A stretch of DNA of 63,525 nt, filler included, from Saprolegnia diclina VS20 (Eukaryota), in assembly GCF_000281045.1 (NCBI RefSeq). It is 4 parts of one record of this genome, joined end to end, with 100 filler letters (N's around TTAATTAATTAA, not from the genome) between each part and the next. Parts side by side here need not be neighbours in the genome. Positions count along the whole stretch, not along the records: positions 27,813 to 38,807 come from NW_008246071.1; positions 38,908 to 63,525 come from NW_008246071.1; 2 more parts are not named here. The stretch is one strand, 5' to 3'. Below the pieces are notes generated by a model that saw only the letters and a program-made list of their open reading frames with translations, made no database searches and was not told the origin of the DNA. The stretch's first letter is position 1. Every line of letters begins with the position of its first letter. Positions 35,014 through 48,898 of this stretch are shown here, in pieces. Position numbers and translations under genes: made by a program.

Positions 35014-35777
35014 CTACGTGCGCTGACTGCGGAGCTCCCAGTACTTGGCCGTGAGCTGCGTTGCGTATGCAAACTGCTTGCGCTTGGCGTCGCAGGACCG
35101 CAAATGGCGCTTCATGTGCGCGCGCTGGCAGTCGCGCGAGCAAAAGTGTGTGCCGCAAGCGCACTCGCTCGTACACTCGACGCGGCACACGGAGCAGCGA
35201 GGAATCAAATACGGCAGCTCTGGCCGCAGCGGTGTCGGTAAGAGCGCGGGGATCCCGAGCACCGAGACGAGCACTTCATACGTCCACTGGCCTTCGTCCG
35301 TGACGCCGGCCGGTCGCCTAGAAATCGCCACATCGTAAATGGATCACCAGGAGGTCGCGACATGTACAGCGTCTCGAGGTCAAACCCCACTTGCTTGAAG
35401 TTTTGCACGTGGTCGCGGAATGCAATCGCCGTCGTCAAGCCGCACGGGAGCTTCTTGTAGTGGTGCCGGAGGTACCGTACGTACCGAGCGCGGTCCCGAA
35501 CGTCGACGTATTCTTGACCAAGCGTTGGCATGAACGGAAGGTCGCCCGCTGCGCGCTCGAGAAACTCGGTTGGGTTTTTGAGCCAGCCCGGCGGACCAGG
35601 GTACAGTGGCGGGAGACCGGCCTCGGGCGGGAAGAGGACAAGGGGCTTGGCGGCACAAACCTTCTTATGGCCAGCATTCCAGTGGCGCACTTGGCACTCG
35701 CGGCTGCAGTACGACGCGCGGGCGCAGCGGCTGCACTGCTTGGACGCCTGGTCCTTCTTGCACACGGCGCAGCGCAT
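35014..35777 (-). CDS. MYND zinc-finger protein with a second C-terminal MYND-like finger, 2 exons
   Basis: CAVC...CSRC...YCSRECQVRHW..GHKKVC; C-terminal CSVC...CAC..HFCSRDCQRAHMKRHLRSC; intron at about 35318-35367. Confidence 0.85.
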
Positions 35778-36806
35778 GGCGATTGATTGTGGCAAAGGGC
35801 AATCTCGGTTGGTGCTGCCACGTGTTTTTCGAAACCACGGGCCCAGATCTGATTTGTATTTTAATTCGAGCGGCAACGCAATACAAACACCGAGCTTAAT
35901 GGCCCGAATACAATAATATTATGCCCACATTGCTGTTGGCACGTCGGAAATATTTAAAAAAGGACAAGTCGGCTTGTTGAACGCAGCGGTATGTCACGCG
36001 ATGACGCGCTTATGCCGATGACAGGCGACATGCTTTCGGAAGGGTAGTCGCCCACGACGTGGCGGTGGTTGCCACTCAAAGCGGCGCGCGCGAGGTGACT
36101 CTACGCGCAGGAGCGCTAGCAACACGGTCGCAGCTTCAACTTACCCGCGCCTGCCACAATGCAGCACTAGTGTCTAACGCCATTAGGACTCATACCCGCA
36201 ACAGCAACGCTGGATGGACCCGTTCCAACAAGACACGGAGCTTTTAGACTGCTTGGGTGCAATGATGAGGGGCTCTGCCGCCATCCAGCACGAATCGACA
36301 GCGAAATGCGCGATCGCGGGTGAGATTCCCATGTCTGTCCACGACGTCTCAGATGCAGCCAATATTTAAGCGCCACCAGCCATTGACGACCAGCATCCAA
36401 GCTCGCGTCGCGTCGTCGCCGCATTCATCTAGTTGCTGCTATTACTATGGCATCGCCGGTCGAAGCTACCGGTCGAAGCTGCAGTCTGCACCAGAACGCT
36501 TCCATAACGTGCCGACACAGAATATAGCGCCGATCGATGCAAGATCCGTCGGGTGACGCCACTGCGCACAGCAGCTGCGTCCAACGAACGCTGTCGCCGT
36601 TGCAGACAGGACCGCTACACACGAGCAGAGACCAATGACGCGGTGGAACTCATCGCCTTGGTGTCCAAGCTTCGTCCTCGGCTCGTCGATCCTTGTCGCC
36701 AGACGCAAAGACGATTGATGGTATATCGTCGATTAGGCTGCAGAACTTGCTACGATGTTGCTCGATGTACAAAAATCCAAATGTTTTACATGCAATTATA
36801 TACACT

Positions 36807-38807
36807 TCATTCTGGCTTGGAGACTGGAGTGTCTTCAAGCGTCCTATCAATCGGGTTCAATACAACATGTCGGGCACGGAGGGCAGCCACGGGAAATGAC
36901 CGGCGCGGGCGAGACGTCTTACCAACGGCACTGCAGCACGAGCTGTCGGATCTTCTTGGTGAGCTCTTGCTGCTGCTTGACTTCCTCTTCGAGCTGTTCG
37001 GGGAGGTCGCCAAAGCCCGAGCGCCACGATTGCGTCGAGTCGAGGCGAGCGCGCGAGGAGCCGTCGCGCTCCGACTTGAGCGCCTTGATCTCGAAATCGC
37101 GTTCGGCCACGAGGAGCTTGAGTTCCTGCACATGAAGTTCGCATGAGCACCAGAAACATACGACGGCTTGAGGCGACGTACAAAAGCCATTGTGGACTTG
37201 GTCGCATACACTTCTTGGAGCTGCTTGTAGCTGGCGTCGGCCGTCGCAAGCGCGAGGGTGTGTTCCTTGAGGGTTTGCTACAGTGCAATGTATGAGCTTG
37301 ATACATTCCGAAGGACCACGACGAGCGTACCGCGGTCGCAGCAGATTCGATCTCCGCCGAGTGCACTTGAGCCTCGAGCACCAGCACTTGGGCCTCGAGG
37401 ACGCCGACGCGCGCTTGGCGGTCGGCAAGGTCGTGAGCGCACGCAGCGCGTTCGGCTTCGAGCCGGTTGTTGTCAAGCGTCGATGCTTGGAGCTGGGCGT
37501 CGAGGGCCGCAATGCGCGCCATGAGCAAAGCGGCGGCCGCCACTTCGTCGTGCACTCTGCCCTCGAGCGCGTGAAGTTGCGACGTCAAGTCTGCTTCGAG
37601 CGACGCGTAGTCGGCTTCTGCTTGCTCCAGCTTGGCGTGTTGGTCGGCGAGCGACGTCTCAAGCTCCTACACCATTCACATCAGACACCTACTAGAGAGC
37701 AGATTAGCGTACCGTAATCACAGTCGACTTGGTGTCGCAGGCGTGGAGCGCCGCCTTCAACGCGTCGCTTTCGTGCTGCAACTCGGTGTTCTTGGCTTCC
37801 ATTGCTTCGGTGTGCGCGGCGTCGGTCACGAGCAGCGTCGCTTCCAAGGTCGCAATCGTGGCCGCGTGGGCCGTCATCGTGTCCTACAAATCTTGTCAGC
37901 GACAGCAACACATCAATAGGAAGGCGCACCGTCGTCGTCTGAAGCTCAGCCTTGGCGTGGTCGAGCTCGGCGTGGAGGTCCTTGAGCTGACCCTCGAGCG
38001 TTTGAGCCGCCTCGTGAGCAAGCGCAAGGTCGCTGCAGTGTGCGGTGCAAGCTTCCGTCTGAGCCGCCTTCTCTGCCTCGAGACCAGCCACGGCAGCTTC
38101 CAAAGCCGAGATCTTGGCGAGCTGAGCGGCCGACTGCACTTCGAGCGACTCCATCGACGTCGCGTGCTGCGTGAGCGCCGCGTCGTGGGTGGCAGCGTGT
38201 TCGGTCATCTTGGCTTCGAGAGCTGCGACTGTTGCGAGGTGCTCGGCCACAGCCGTCGCCTGAGCGATGTGGGCCGCATCCAAGTTGGCTTGCGCCTCAT
38301 CGTGGCCAGCCTTGGCTTGGGTTAGCAACTCTTCAAGAGCAGCCATAGCCGCCGTGTGAGCTGCCAGCGCTGCCTCATGCTCTGCGACGTGCTGTGCGAT
38401 GGCCACTTGGAGCGCGTCGACAGTTGCCTGGTGCTGAACGTTGGATGCGTCGTGGGCCGCCATCGACTCGGTCAACTTGGCGTCGAGAGCTTGGACGCTC
38501 AGAGCAAGCTCGTCGTTCGCCGCCTTATGCGCCTCCATCGCGTCGTGAAGTTGACCCTCAAGAGCGACGTGTTGCGCCTCGGCTTCGGCTTCGAACGCAG
38601 CATGCTCGCCCCGAGCTCCAACGAGCTTCTCCTGCAAAGCATCGCGTTCTTGCTCGGCTTCAACGACCTTGGACTCCAGTGCGCGCATCTGTGCGACCAT
38701 CTCAGCGCTCGAGAGCTCGTGCGCAGCCAGTGTCACACGCAACACCACAACTTCAGCGACCACTCCTTCGAGACCGTGCGCTTTTGCTTCTGCAGCCTCG
38801 AACGCAG
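36807..38807 (-). CDS. 3' part of long Ala/Glu/His-rich coiled-coil protein (5' end lost in gap)
   Basis: ORFs 37681-38763, 36857-37588 and 36919-37512 are heptad-rich. The last intron gives ...LQCRW/TLEDTPVSKPE*. Confidence 0.7.
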
Positions 38808-38907
38808 NNNNNNNNNNNNNNNNNNNNNNNNNNNNNNNNNNNNNNNNNNNNTTAATTAATTAANNNNNNNNNNNNNNNNNNNNNNNNNNNNNNNNNNNNN
38901 NNNNNNN
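38808..38907. other. 100-nt assembly gap with TTAATTAATTAA linker
   Basis: Same structure as 19081-19180. Confidence 0.99.
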
Positions 38908-39713
38908 GCAATACCAGCCGAAGCAGCGCCCGACGCCTTCGTGGACGCAGGGACCGCCGTCGCAGCCGCCGCCTTGGAGCCAGCAGCAGTCGTCGTAGCG
39001 GCGGGAGTAGCCGTCGACGTGCTGTTGTTACCCATCGCAGGAGCCGCCGCCGCAGCCGCCAAAGCAGCGAGTGCCTTGTCCATGGGCGTCGTGGCGAGCG
39101 TGCTGAGCGGGACGCCGCCGAGCGTGCACGTGGGCGTGACGCTGCCCGCGACCTTCTGGAGCGTGCCGGTGTAGAGCGTCTGGCAGTTGTCGCTCTTGAC
39201 AAGGGCCGCCGCCTGCGTTGAGGTCGGGAGCGGGCCCGTGATCAAGCTGGCGAGCTGGTAGCCCGTATCCGCCGAGCAGAGCGGGTAGCTGGGCGACGCG
39301 AGGACGGGCGCGAACTTCGCCGTAAGCACAGCCGAGTCACAGACCGGGATCGCCGCCGCCGGTGCCGCCGCAGCCGCCAAGGCAGCAAGCGCCTTGTCCA
39401 TGGGCGTCACAGCAATCACGCTGAGCTCGACGCCGCCGAGTGTGCACGACGGGGTGACGCCACCGGCGACCTTCTGGAGCGTGCCGGTGTAGAGCGTCTG
39501 GCAGTTGTCGCTCTTGACGAGGGCCGCGGCCTGCGTCGTCGTCGGGAGCGGGCCCGTGAGGAGGCTAGCGAGCTGGTAGCCCGTATCAGCCGAGCAGAGC
39601 GGGTAGCTCGACGACGTAAGCACAGGCGCAAACTTTTCCGTCAAGACAGCGAGGTCGCACGGGCCAGCGGCGACCGACGCGATGGTAACAGCGAGGATGG
39701 TCGAGAACTTCAT
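38908..39713 (-). CDS. Secreted elicitin-like protein with two tandem domains and Ser/Thr/Ala tail (3' end in gap)
   Basis: Signal peptide MKFSTILAVTIASVAA; two near-identical C...CSADTGY...PLPT..Q...V.S.NCQTL...C domains; TPAATTTA...KASGA tail typical of GPI-anchored forms. Confidence 0.85.
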
Positions 39714-39737
39714 GGTGTTGTCGTAGTGGAGACGATG

Positions 39738-39752
39738 GAAATCGGAAAGTGA
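39738..39752 (-). promoter_or_regulatory. Oomycete INR+FPR-like core promoter of the elicitin-like gene
   Basis: Minus strand TCACTTTCCGATTTC, 25-40 nt upstream of the ATG. Confidence 0.55.
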
Positions 39753-40982
39753 ACTCCACCCTTCGACTTGACGATCTTGCTTGTATCATCGACATACACT
39801 CTTCTCGCCACCTACATCTGGTACAACACATGTTGACACCGCCGGAAGTGCCTGGACCGAAGGTCGCCGAAGCACAGGACGGACGCCTCAGTGGTCGACG
39901 GGTGAAGTCGACTTTTTCGCGTGAGGCTGTCGACGAGGTCCTATATCGTGTCCACTGCAAACGCGTGGCAAACGTGCGTGTCGATCGGTGTCCCTTGCCA
40001 ACGTTGCTATCGGAGGAAGCGACTGCGATTGGTGGCAGCGCTCATTGTCGACAGCTCGTCGACGAGCGCAGCTCTGTACTCTGAGCGAATCGGCAGTCTA
40101 CTAATTTAGAAAGCAGTCTAGTACGGGCCTCAGACAATGTACATCCAAGTGCGTCGTATCGTTGGCGAAGATGGTATCCGGCTAGCACACGATAATGCTG
40201 CAGGCTGCCAGCGATCTTCGGTCGACGACATTGACGCTCGGCGGTCGCTCAAACGCTGGGCTCTAGTTGCAGATCAGTGGGACCTGCGAGTACACGTAAT
40301 GTGCGCCGGACTGATGATGGGACGTGCATGGTGTGGATCGTGCGAGAGGCCATAAACATTGGCTAGAAACTCATTTTTTCGTGGCTACTCGCAGGGCCCC
40401 TTGTGGACCAACAGCAAGCAGCTGCTGAAAGAGTCGGTGGCAATGGAATTCCTTGGGCGTTTGAAAACCCCATTTTTAGCATACTGACAATACTCTAGTG
40501 TGCTCCAGTACACTGTACGCTACTCCGGTGTGTATCGTTGAAGCTCATACTGTATTGTGTTTAGATGTTGGTACACGAGGTATTGTCGATGTTATCGAGT
40601 GTGCTGGTTCTTGATCGGCGGCGACATGGTAAGTATTCGTAGGTACTCTATTGCATCCTCTCGCGCACTTGCCCCTGCCTGCTCTTGCCGCGCTACATTA
40701 TGTGTAGTGTCCGTACTAGTATACTGGAAAATGTGTCGATAAGACCCTACTTCAGCGTATGCGAATCTGAAGGTTGCAACAAGCATCGCTTACTAGTACC
40801 AAAGCATATCTTACATTTCTTCGAGGTCATCGTCATCGGCGCCTCGTTGAACTCGTGATTTCTGCCCCTACTGTCCACAGGTTGTCTTTTATAAAGAGTC
40901 GGTCGCTGCTTTCGACATTAGTCAATACCATGGATCGCCGCGTCTATTTTGGTGAGCATTCCAGTTACGTCTCGGCCCGTGC

Positions 40983-43172
40983 ATGAACCCGCGGGCCACC
41001 GCGCCGCGCCAACCCAGCTTTCACACGATCGAGTGCGACGTGCCGCTCACTTGGACGCGCATCGTGCTTTCTCTCGTCTCGTACGCGCTCTTCTTCACCG
41101 ACATTCCGCGCAGCGGGTTTGGTGTGCGCCAACTGCCACCCCCAACGTTCCAGCCCGTGACCGAGTCACTTTTTTCATACTTTGGCCCGTACAACTACTC
41201 GGTGATCGCGCTCACCAAAGAAATCAATGGTCCGTGCAATCATCCCTGTCTCCGCACACTCAAGACGTAGGATCTCTCACCGGACCATCCGTCGCGCCTG
41301 TCTGGGGCTACAAATTTGACACGACCTCCATGGGTCTCCGCGGCTTTGTCGAGCACTTTCACGTGCCTTTCTGGTGCGAGCCTCAACCGGCGCGGACGTC
41401 ATCGACACTTGCAATTCGTAGGGACCCGTGTCTTCTCTACAAGTGCCCGTGCGGCAGCAATGCTGTCGATGCATCGACCGTGTATCGTATGCTCGACAGT
41501 CTTGTTGACGTTGTCAGCTCTCTACATCACCGGGTCGCCCTTCGCGTTGAGAGCCGCAGCGTGGATAAGATTCACGATGCCGTCGCACCGACGCGGGCGC
41601 TAGTCGAGCGAGACCTGCGCTCTGTTGAAGTCTACATCATGACGACACCTACTGACGTGTGTGCTCCCACCAATCCAGATGCCCTTTGGTTGTCAAGAGC
41701 CATGGGCCAACTTTTATGCATTAGGTAAAGCCTATCCTGCAGTTCTGACACCAATTTGAACACGCGCAGGACCCATGGCGGCTCTGGGGTCTGTCACCCA
41801 GCACATACAAGCGCGGTTCGCGTCGCAACTGGCCGATATCGATCCAAAGACGCAGCTTGTCGACATGGCCATTGTGCACTCGGCTGCGGATGGGCGGCAC
41901 TGGGGCGGCGGTGTTGCGCGGCTTCAGCCGTTTGCAGTCGACGTCACGACAATCCTTCGCGTGCGAAATTGCACCAACGTCCTCGACACCGCGAGCTGCA
42001 GCACCGTTGACATTGAAGATTACCGATACGAGACAGCATTCATTCGCACCAACGTTGTGGGGTACTACGCACTCACGCGGATCTTGCGGCTAATTGGGCA
42101 GCTGTACAACATTGGCCGCGTTCTGCTGCTCCTTGTGGGGTGCTACGTCGCCCGCACCGCCGATGCGGGTTTTCAGTCCCAACACTCTCTATGGCAACTG
42201 CGGACAGTGCTGCGGACGTTCCTGCGTATTCCGAGCCAAGTCATCATCTACGGGAGCTGGCTTCCTGTGAGTATGTTTGCAGTCGCCCACCTTATCGACT
42301 GTCCCGTGGTCTACGTCTTTGTGTTTCGCGCGTTTAGCTCGCTCAACGGCAGCTTTAGCAGGACGATCGATGCGATGCTGGACCTGCTCACTGTCCTCAC
42401 GTGTCAGATGCGAAACGTGTGGCTCCTCAGTCTCTGGGCAAAAACGCAGGTGCTGTACCGACGACACGGTATTGAAGGCTACCGCGGCTACGTCCTCCCG
42501 CTCGTGGCGTTCGTCTCGCTCGGTTTTGACATTCGGCTGCTCTCGCTGCGCAACGTTGATGTTGTCGCGCACACGCGAATAGCGCCCAGTGCGACGCTTA
42601 GTGCGATCCGGCAACTGCAGTCGGTCCCGCCCAACTACCGGTATTGGGGCGTCTACCTCGATCTACGCTGCTTGACGATGGCCCTCATCCTCCTCTATGC
42701 TTTTGCGTACGCTGTTTGGGGCAACGGGCTCAAGCGCGTGACGCAAATCCCGCACATGGCCGCGACCGCGTGCAACCCAACGATGTTTAGTACGTCCTGG
42801 AACAGTCTCTGGGCCAATGCGTCGACGTCGGTCATTTCGCCGACCGACGTGGGCATTGGGTGCGCAGACCACCGAAGATCTGAGAACGTGCTCGTGAACA
42901 TTGCGTGGATGTCGGATCCCATCGAGTCCCTCTACCAGCGCTTTGCGCCTGCAACCGTGTTTGTCTACGCGTATACGCCGGCACTGCCAACGGCGTCAAT
43001 GGTCGACGGGTACTTGCATGGGACAGGCGAAATGGTCGATGCCAGCGTCTTGCATCCGTGGAGCATCCCCGAATTGCAAGCCGACAGTCCGAACGTCGAG
43101 CGCCTCCTCCGCATTGAGCGCCAAACGACGCTTCTCTCGCTTTCGTGGCGTGACCGTATTTATTGCTGCTAA
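40983..43172 (+). pseudogene. Tandem multi-pass membrane family copy 1, apparent frameshift at about 41663-41690
   Basis: Family motifs and three conserved introns are present, but only 28 nt separate two conserved Cys codons that are 30 nt apart in copies 2-4. Could be a sequencing error. Confidence 0.6.
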
Positions 43173-43702
43173 GCGATTTCTGTTCATTACTAGTAGAAAT
43201 TTAGCCAGTGGTTTATAGTGACTACAGTAAAGTGTTTGACTGAGGCCAGCAGCACCGAGTCTTCTCGCTCTGTACCATTGGGTGCCCGTTTCTGGTTATT
43301 TTCAATATGTTGGCGAGCTTGTCTACAAAGGACATGTGTTACTAAACACGTGTTTCAAAGCTCCGCACGGGCAAGGGGCTAATAATCGAGAGTATTTTCA
43401 AAGGTTACTTACTACCTTTGGCCCACTTTTTGCAAAAGTTACTACATCGGCGTGAATTTTGAAAAGGTCACTACAATGACATACTTTGGTCCAGATAATC
43501 TGCCAGGTGCCCCAGGTGGTAACCAAAACAACTCGTATTAATTGACCCTTTGAAAACCATGGCCGCACGAGTAACACAATTAGCATTGCCATAGCCACAT
43601 CGTTGGCAACACGTACAGTCTACACCACCATTACGATATCTCTTGGTCGTTATCGGGCCACCATTGTCCAGCATCCAAAAGCTATTTCGAGCCATCGGAT
43701 CC

Positions 43703-45823
43703 ATGGCACCGGACCGGGAGGCAACTGCGGGGGCGCCGCTGACCTCGCGCCGCATCTGCTTCACTCTCTTCTCGTACGTGCTCTTTTTTACAGACATTCC
43801 TCGGAGCGGACTCGGCTACGAAACGCTGCCGTACCCCCTCTACTCGCAAGTTACCGAGACCATCTACTCCAGCTGGGGACCGTACGACTATAAGATCATT
43901 GCCATCACGCGCAACAGCTCTGGTACACATGCCCTCTCCAGTGCTATCTCGAGCGTGCTCGTAGGGTCGCTCGTCGCATCCGATGGAACCACCACCGTCT
44001 CTGGCGCTACGATCTGGAGCTACAAGTACGACACGTGCTCGATTGGCCTGCGCGCACTCGTGCAGCACTTTGCGATTCCTGGCTGGTACTCGAGCTACAG
44101 GAACACGGCAATACGACGTCGAACATTGAACTGTAGGAATCCGTGTTTGCTGTACGCAACACATTGTGCCAGCGACGCTGTCGTCGACGCGGCATCGCTC
44201 TTTACGATGCTGGACAACGTCGTCACGACGATTGCGGGGCTGAACGACGACGGCGCGTCACTCCGACTGCAGTACATGTACAACGACGTGATCCACGACG
44301 CGGCTTCGTTCACCAACGCCTTTATGAACCGCGAGCTGCGCACTGTGCGGGCGTTCCATCTCGCATCGCCACACGATCTCTGCGACCCGCATCGCGCAAG
44401 ACGGCCGTCCTTTTGCGACCAGGCGTGGGCTAATTTCTCGAGCCTTGGTGCGTTCTTGCCCGGATCTTGGCGCTAAAATATGCATCTGATAGCGCCCAGT
44501 GCGAGCCTGGAAGGCGTCGCCAAGGCCATTGAAGCTCGGTTTGCCGCCAAAGTCGCGACACTGGATGGCGTCCAGCAAATCGCCGAGATGATTGTGCTCG
44601 AGTGCGCGGCGGACTTTCGCCCGTGGGTCGGCGGCATCTCGCGCGCACAGCCCCATGATTTTGATGTCGTGACCTTTTTACGGGTGCGCAACTGCTCGAC
44701 GACCTGCAAAACCGTGTACGTCGACGACTTTCGGTACGAAGGATCGCTCTTCCGCACCAACGTCGTCTATTGGTACCGTCTCATTCGACTCCTCCGATTG
44801 GTCGGCCAAACGTACAACATTGTCCGCACCTTGATGCTCTTTTTTGGGTGCTACGTGGCCGCCGGTCAGAAGCTCCGGTCCGCGCTGCGTCTCTTTTTGT
44901 CGATACCTGCCCAAGTGATTATCTATGGCAGCTGGTTGCCCGTCGTCGTCTTTGCACTAGCGCACGCGATTGATAGCGCCATGGTCTACTGCGTTGTCTA
45001 CCGCGCGTTTGCGACGCTCAACGGCGATTTTGCTTTGAGCGGGGAATTCGCGTATTTTCTGACGCGGGCGCTGACGTGTCACATGCGCAACCTCTGGGTC
45101 TTCTCGGTGGTCACCAAGATGCTCTTGTACAGCTCGACGTGGGTTCGAACCCAGCACCTCCTCGGGTTTCGCGGCTACGTGCTCGCACTGATTTCATTCT
45201 CGGCCATCTTTTTCGACGTGCGACTGCTCATGCTTCGAAATGCCAACGTGCTCTTGCACACGCGGGTCGCACCAAGCCAAACGGTGCAGCTGATTCGGTA
45301 CCAGCACACGCTGCCGACCAATAGCCGCCTCTGGGGACTCTACCTCGACGCCACGAGCCTCGTCCTCTCGTTCTTCGTACTGCGCGTGCTACTGCGCCTA
45401 TGCGGTGTCGCTCGGCTTTGCGACTATACGTTTGTGCCGTACGCAGCGACAGCATACGCCAACACGACGCTCTTCAGCGCCGCGTGGAGCTCGCTCTTTG
45501 TCAGTCTCGATGATCCCGTGTCGGTCAACGCTGTCGTTGCGCCGCACTGGATTCTCTTCCCAAAGCTACCGCAGCACGTGCTTATCAATCTTGTGTGGAT
45601 GACGGACCCGATTGAGTTCGGCAGCCAGTACTGCCGCACCGTGCCGCTCGAAAAAGGGCGCGTGTATGTCTACCTTGAGCGAGTCTCGGGCAATGTGCTC
45701 TACCATCCGTGGAGCGTCAACGAACTCGAAGGCGTCGTCGAAGATGTGTCAAGCTCGGTGCACCTACTGCGCGTGGACCGCCTCTGGGAGCTGCCGTGGA
45801 TCGATCGCATTCACTGCAGTTAA
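43703..45823 (+). CDS. Tandem multi-pass membrane family copy 2 (4 exons)
   Basis: FFTDIPRSG, GPYDY, WSYKYDTCSIGLR, LRVRNC, DDFRYE, IPAQVIIYGSW, CHMRN, WMTDPIE, LPWIDRIHCS*. Confidence 0.85.
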
Positions 45824-46053
45824 CGAGGACCCTAACCCTATGACCACATATCAGCTGATGTGGCTCGCAGGAGGAACTTGTTGAGCGTGCGAGCACCAGT
45901 GCGACCTTGCTCCTTGGATCTCCATTCGATGGGTGTCTTAATGTAGGACATACGTTACAGGACAACGCACCACCGTCCAACGCCGTGCTTGAACGGAATA
46001 ATGTCGTAACCGTTTAGGTACTTTAGTAGAAAAGTCGGAATTCGCCCGGGGCT

Positions 46054-48277
46054 ATGTCCAGCATGGGCCCGGCGCTGACGCGGGGGCGGCGGTCGTTCAC
46101 ATCCGTAGATGCGCACACCGTGCTCTCACCGACCCGCGTCCTGTTTACGCTGGCGTCCTACTTTCTCTTCTTCACCGACATTCCCCGAAGCGGGTACGGC
46201 TTTGCGACGCTGCCGAGCACGATTTACCACCAGCTGACCGAGACAGTGTACTGTCACTGGGGTCCGTACGACTACCCGGTTGTGCACATTGAGCGCCAAA
46301 TCAACGGTTGTTGCGCGCTTTCCATCTGAAACTCAACGTCCACCTTGATTTGTAGGCTCGTTTGTCGGTCACGCCGGCGACTTGTCGATTGATGCAGCGC
46401 CTGTTTGGGCCTACAAGTTTGACACGTGCTCAGTTGGCCTCCGCGCACTCGTGCAACACTTTCATATTCCCAACTGGTACGCATTTGCTGCTCACGTAGA
46501 AGTGACCGGCAAATTCGATGACGCAGGGACCCGTGTCTCTTGTATGCATCCGCCTGCGAGAGTCCGACACTGCCGCTCAGCGGGACGTTTGCTCTGCTTG
46601 ATAGCCTTGCCGAATCGCTCGCGTCACTTCCGCAGGGCACGACAACGCGCACCGAGTACTACTACAAGGACAAGATCCACGAGCTCGTGGCGCCGACCAA
46701 GGTTTTTATGGAGCGGGCGCTTCGCACGATTCACATTCTCTCGTTCCACTCGAGAGCAACCGACGTGTGCGCGTGGGATCGTCCAGTGCGGGCAATATTT
46801 TGCGACATGCTGTGGGCCAACTTGAGCTCCATGGGTAGCGAGATAGCTATTCCAATCTTGATGGCATACATTGTTATCATTAGGACCCACCACGGCGGTG
46901 ACGGAGCTGTCGCGGCACATCCAAGCGCGCTTTGACGCCGTCGCGTCGACGCTCGATCCGCGCTCCCAGGTGGCCGACTTGGTTCTCATCGAGTCAACGG
47001 CCGATGGGCGGCAATGGAGCGGCGGTGTTTCGCCCACGATGCCGTTCGACTTGGATATCACAACGATCCTCCGCGTGCGCAACTGCTCCTCGACCAATGT
47101 TTGCACGACGATCTCGGTCGACGACTTTCGGTACGAAGCCGGGCTGGCCACCACGGACGTGCTGCGCTACTATCGCCTCTTGCGCGTCATGCGCCTCTTG
47201 GGGCAGCTTTACAACATTTTGCGCGTCGTCTTGCTGCTCTTCGGGTGCTATTACGCCCACCGCAACAAGGATCGGCCTCTTCATGAACGCATGTCGACAG
47301 CGATCAAATCGTTCCTTCGGATCCCAGCCCAAGTCATCATTTACGGCAGCTGGTGCCCCGTCCTTCTGTTCGTTTTGGCGCACGCGATCGACTGCGCCTG
47401 TGTGTACCACCTCATTTTTCGCGCGTTCGTGACGCTCAACGGCGTCTTGACACTCACCTGGAGCGGACTCTACTTTCTCATGACGATCCTCACGTGTCAG
47501 ATGCGCAATGTGTGGGTGCTTAGCCTCTTCACCAAGGCGATGTTGGTCGCCAACGACCAGCACCGCATCGGCCAGCACCTTCTCGGCTTCCGCGGCTACG
47601 TCCTCCCGCTCGTCTCGCTTCTCGCTCTGGCCTTTGACATTCGCGTCCTCTCCGCGCGCAATACCGACGTCGTTGACACGTCGCAGGTCGCGACGAGCCA
47701 CATTGTGGCCACCATCCGGCAACGCCAGACGCTGCCGACCAACTATCGGTACTGGGGCCTCTTTTTGGACGCGCGGAGTTCGCTTCTGGCCTTTCTGATT
47801 GCGCATCTCGTGCTTCGATTTTTCCGAGTCAAACACGTCCGGTCGCGCTCGCTGGTGCCGTACGTGGCCACGTCGTACTGCAACCACAGCATGTTTAGCA
47901 CGGCGTGGAGCACGCTCTTTGTGGACCGCGAGCCGTCGGCGCGCCGGCGGTCGTCCGTCGTCGGCAACAACGACGTCGTGATCCAGACGCCGTTGACAAC
48001 GATGCTGTTTCCAAGCAGCGACAAGTACACGGCGTCGACGCACGTGCTCATGAACGTCGTGTGGATGACCGACCCGATCGAGGTGCTGGTCCGGTGCATC
48101 GCCGACGACTCGCACCTCTACGTGTACGTTGAGAAGGCGACGTCCGAGCTCGTGTACCATCCGTGGAGTTATGAGGAGCTGTGCGCGCTCGATGCCCGCG
48201 TGCGGAACCTCCTTTCGATGCAGAGCCACCTGCGATTTTTCGACCTGCCATGGCAGGACCGCATCTACTGTAGCTAG
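46054..48277 (+). CDS. Tandem multi-pass membrane family copy 3 (4 exons)
   Basis: Same motif order and intron positions; ends LPWQDRIYCS*. Confidence 0.85.
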
Positions 48278-48898
48278 CGTATGTATGCCAACCCACTTTA
48301 TTGGGAAGACAGTCCCTTCAATCGTATACTAAGCAAGGCAGCGCGATTGAACGACCAAGTGCGGTCATGTCAGAGCACGCCTGAGCTAGCCTATCTAGAG
48401 CGCAATGATGCAAGAGCAGCCAGAACCCCGTGAAGCGTACTTCATCCAAGTAGCAGGCGCGCAACCGTCCTGAGCCACCGTATGACGGGAGTTGAACCAC
48501 CGCTGGCGCATCCCGTTGGCAAGTGGCGAGGAGCACTGTATGTATATTGTGCGGTGGAATCGAGTTCAATAGAGCGCTTTTGCTACCAAGATTTCGTCTT
48601 ACGTTTCGACTTGGGGAATTGGAGCTGGTCTGTGGAAAATCAGGACTGGTTTTGCAAACGCGATATTTGACATTTGACGTCAAAGCCAACGTTTCGACAT
48701 TGACCTTATACGCGCCTAGAGTCGTGATATTTGTATATAGGCGGGAAATATCTCGTACGAATGAAGCTGGCCGACGGCGTCTCTTGCAAATGCTGTTGAT
48801 AACGTCCTTTTGGGATAGAATTACTTGGAGTGTAAATTGTTGTGCCAAACACATGTTCTATCTTTATCAAGTCGTGGGCTATTTCGAGTTGGGCGCCA

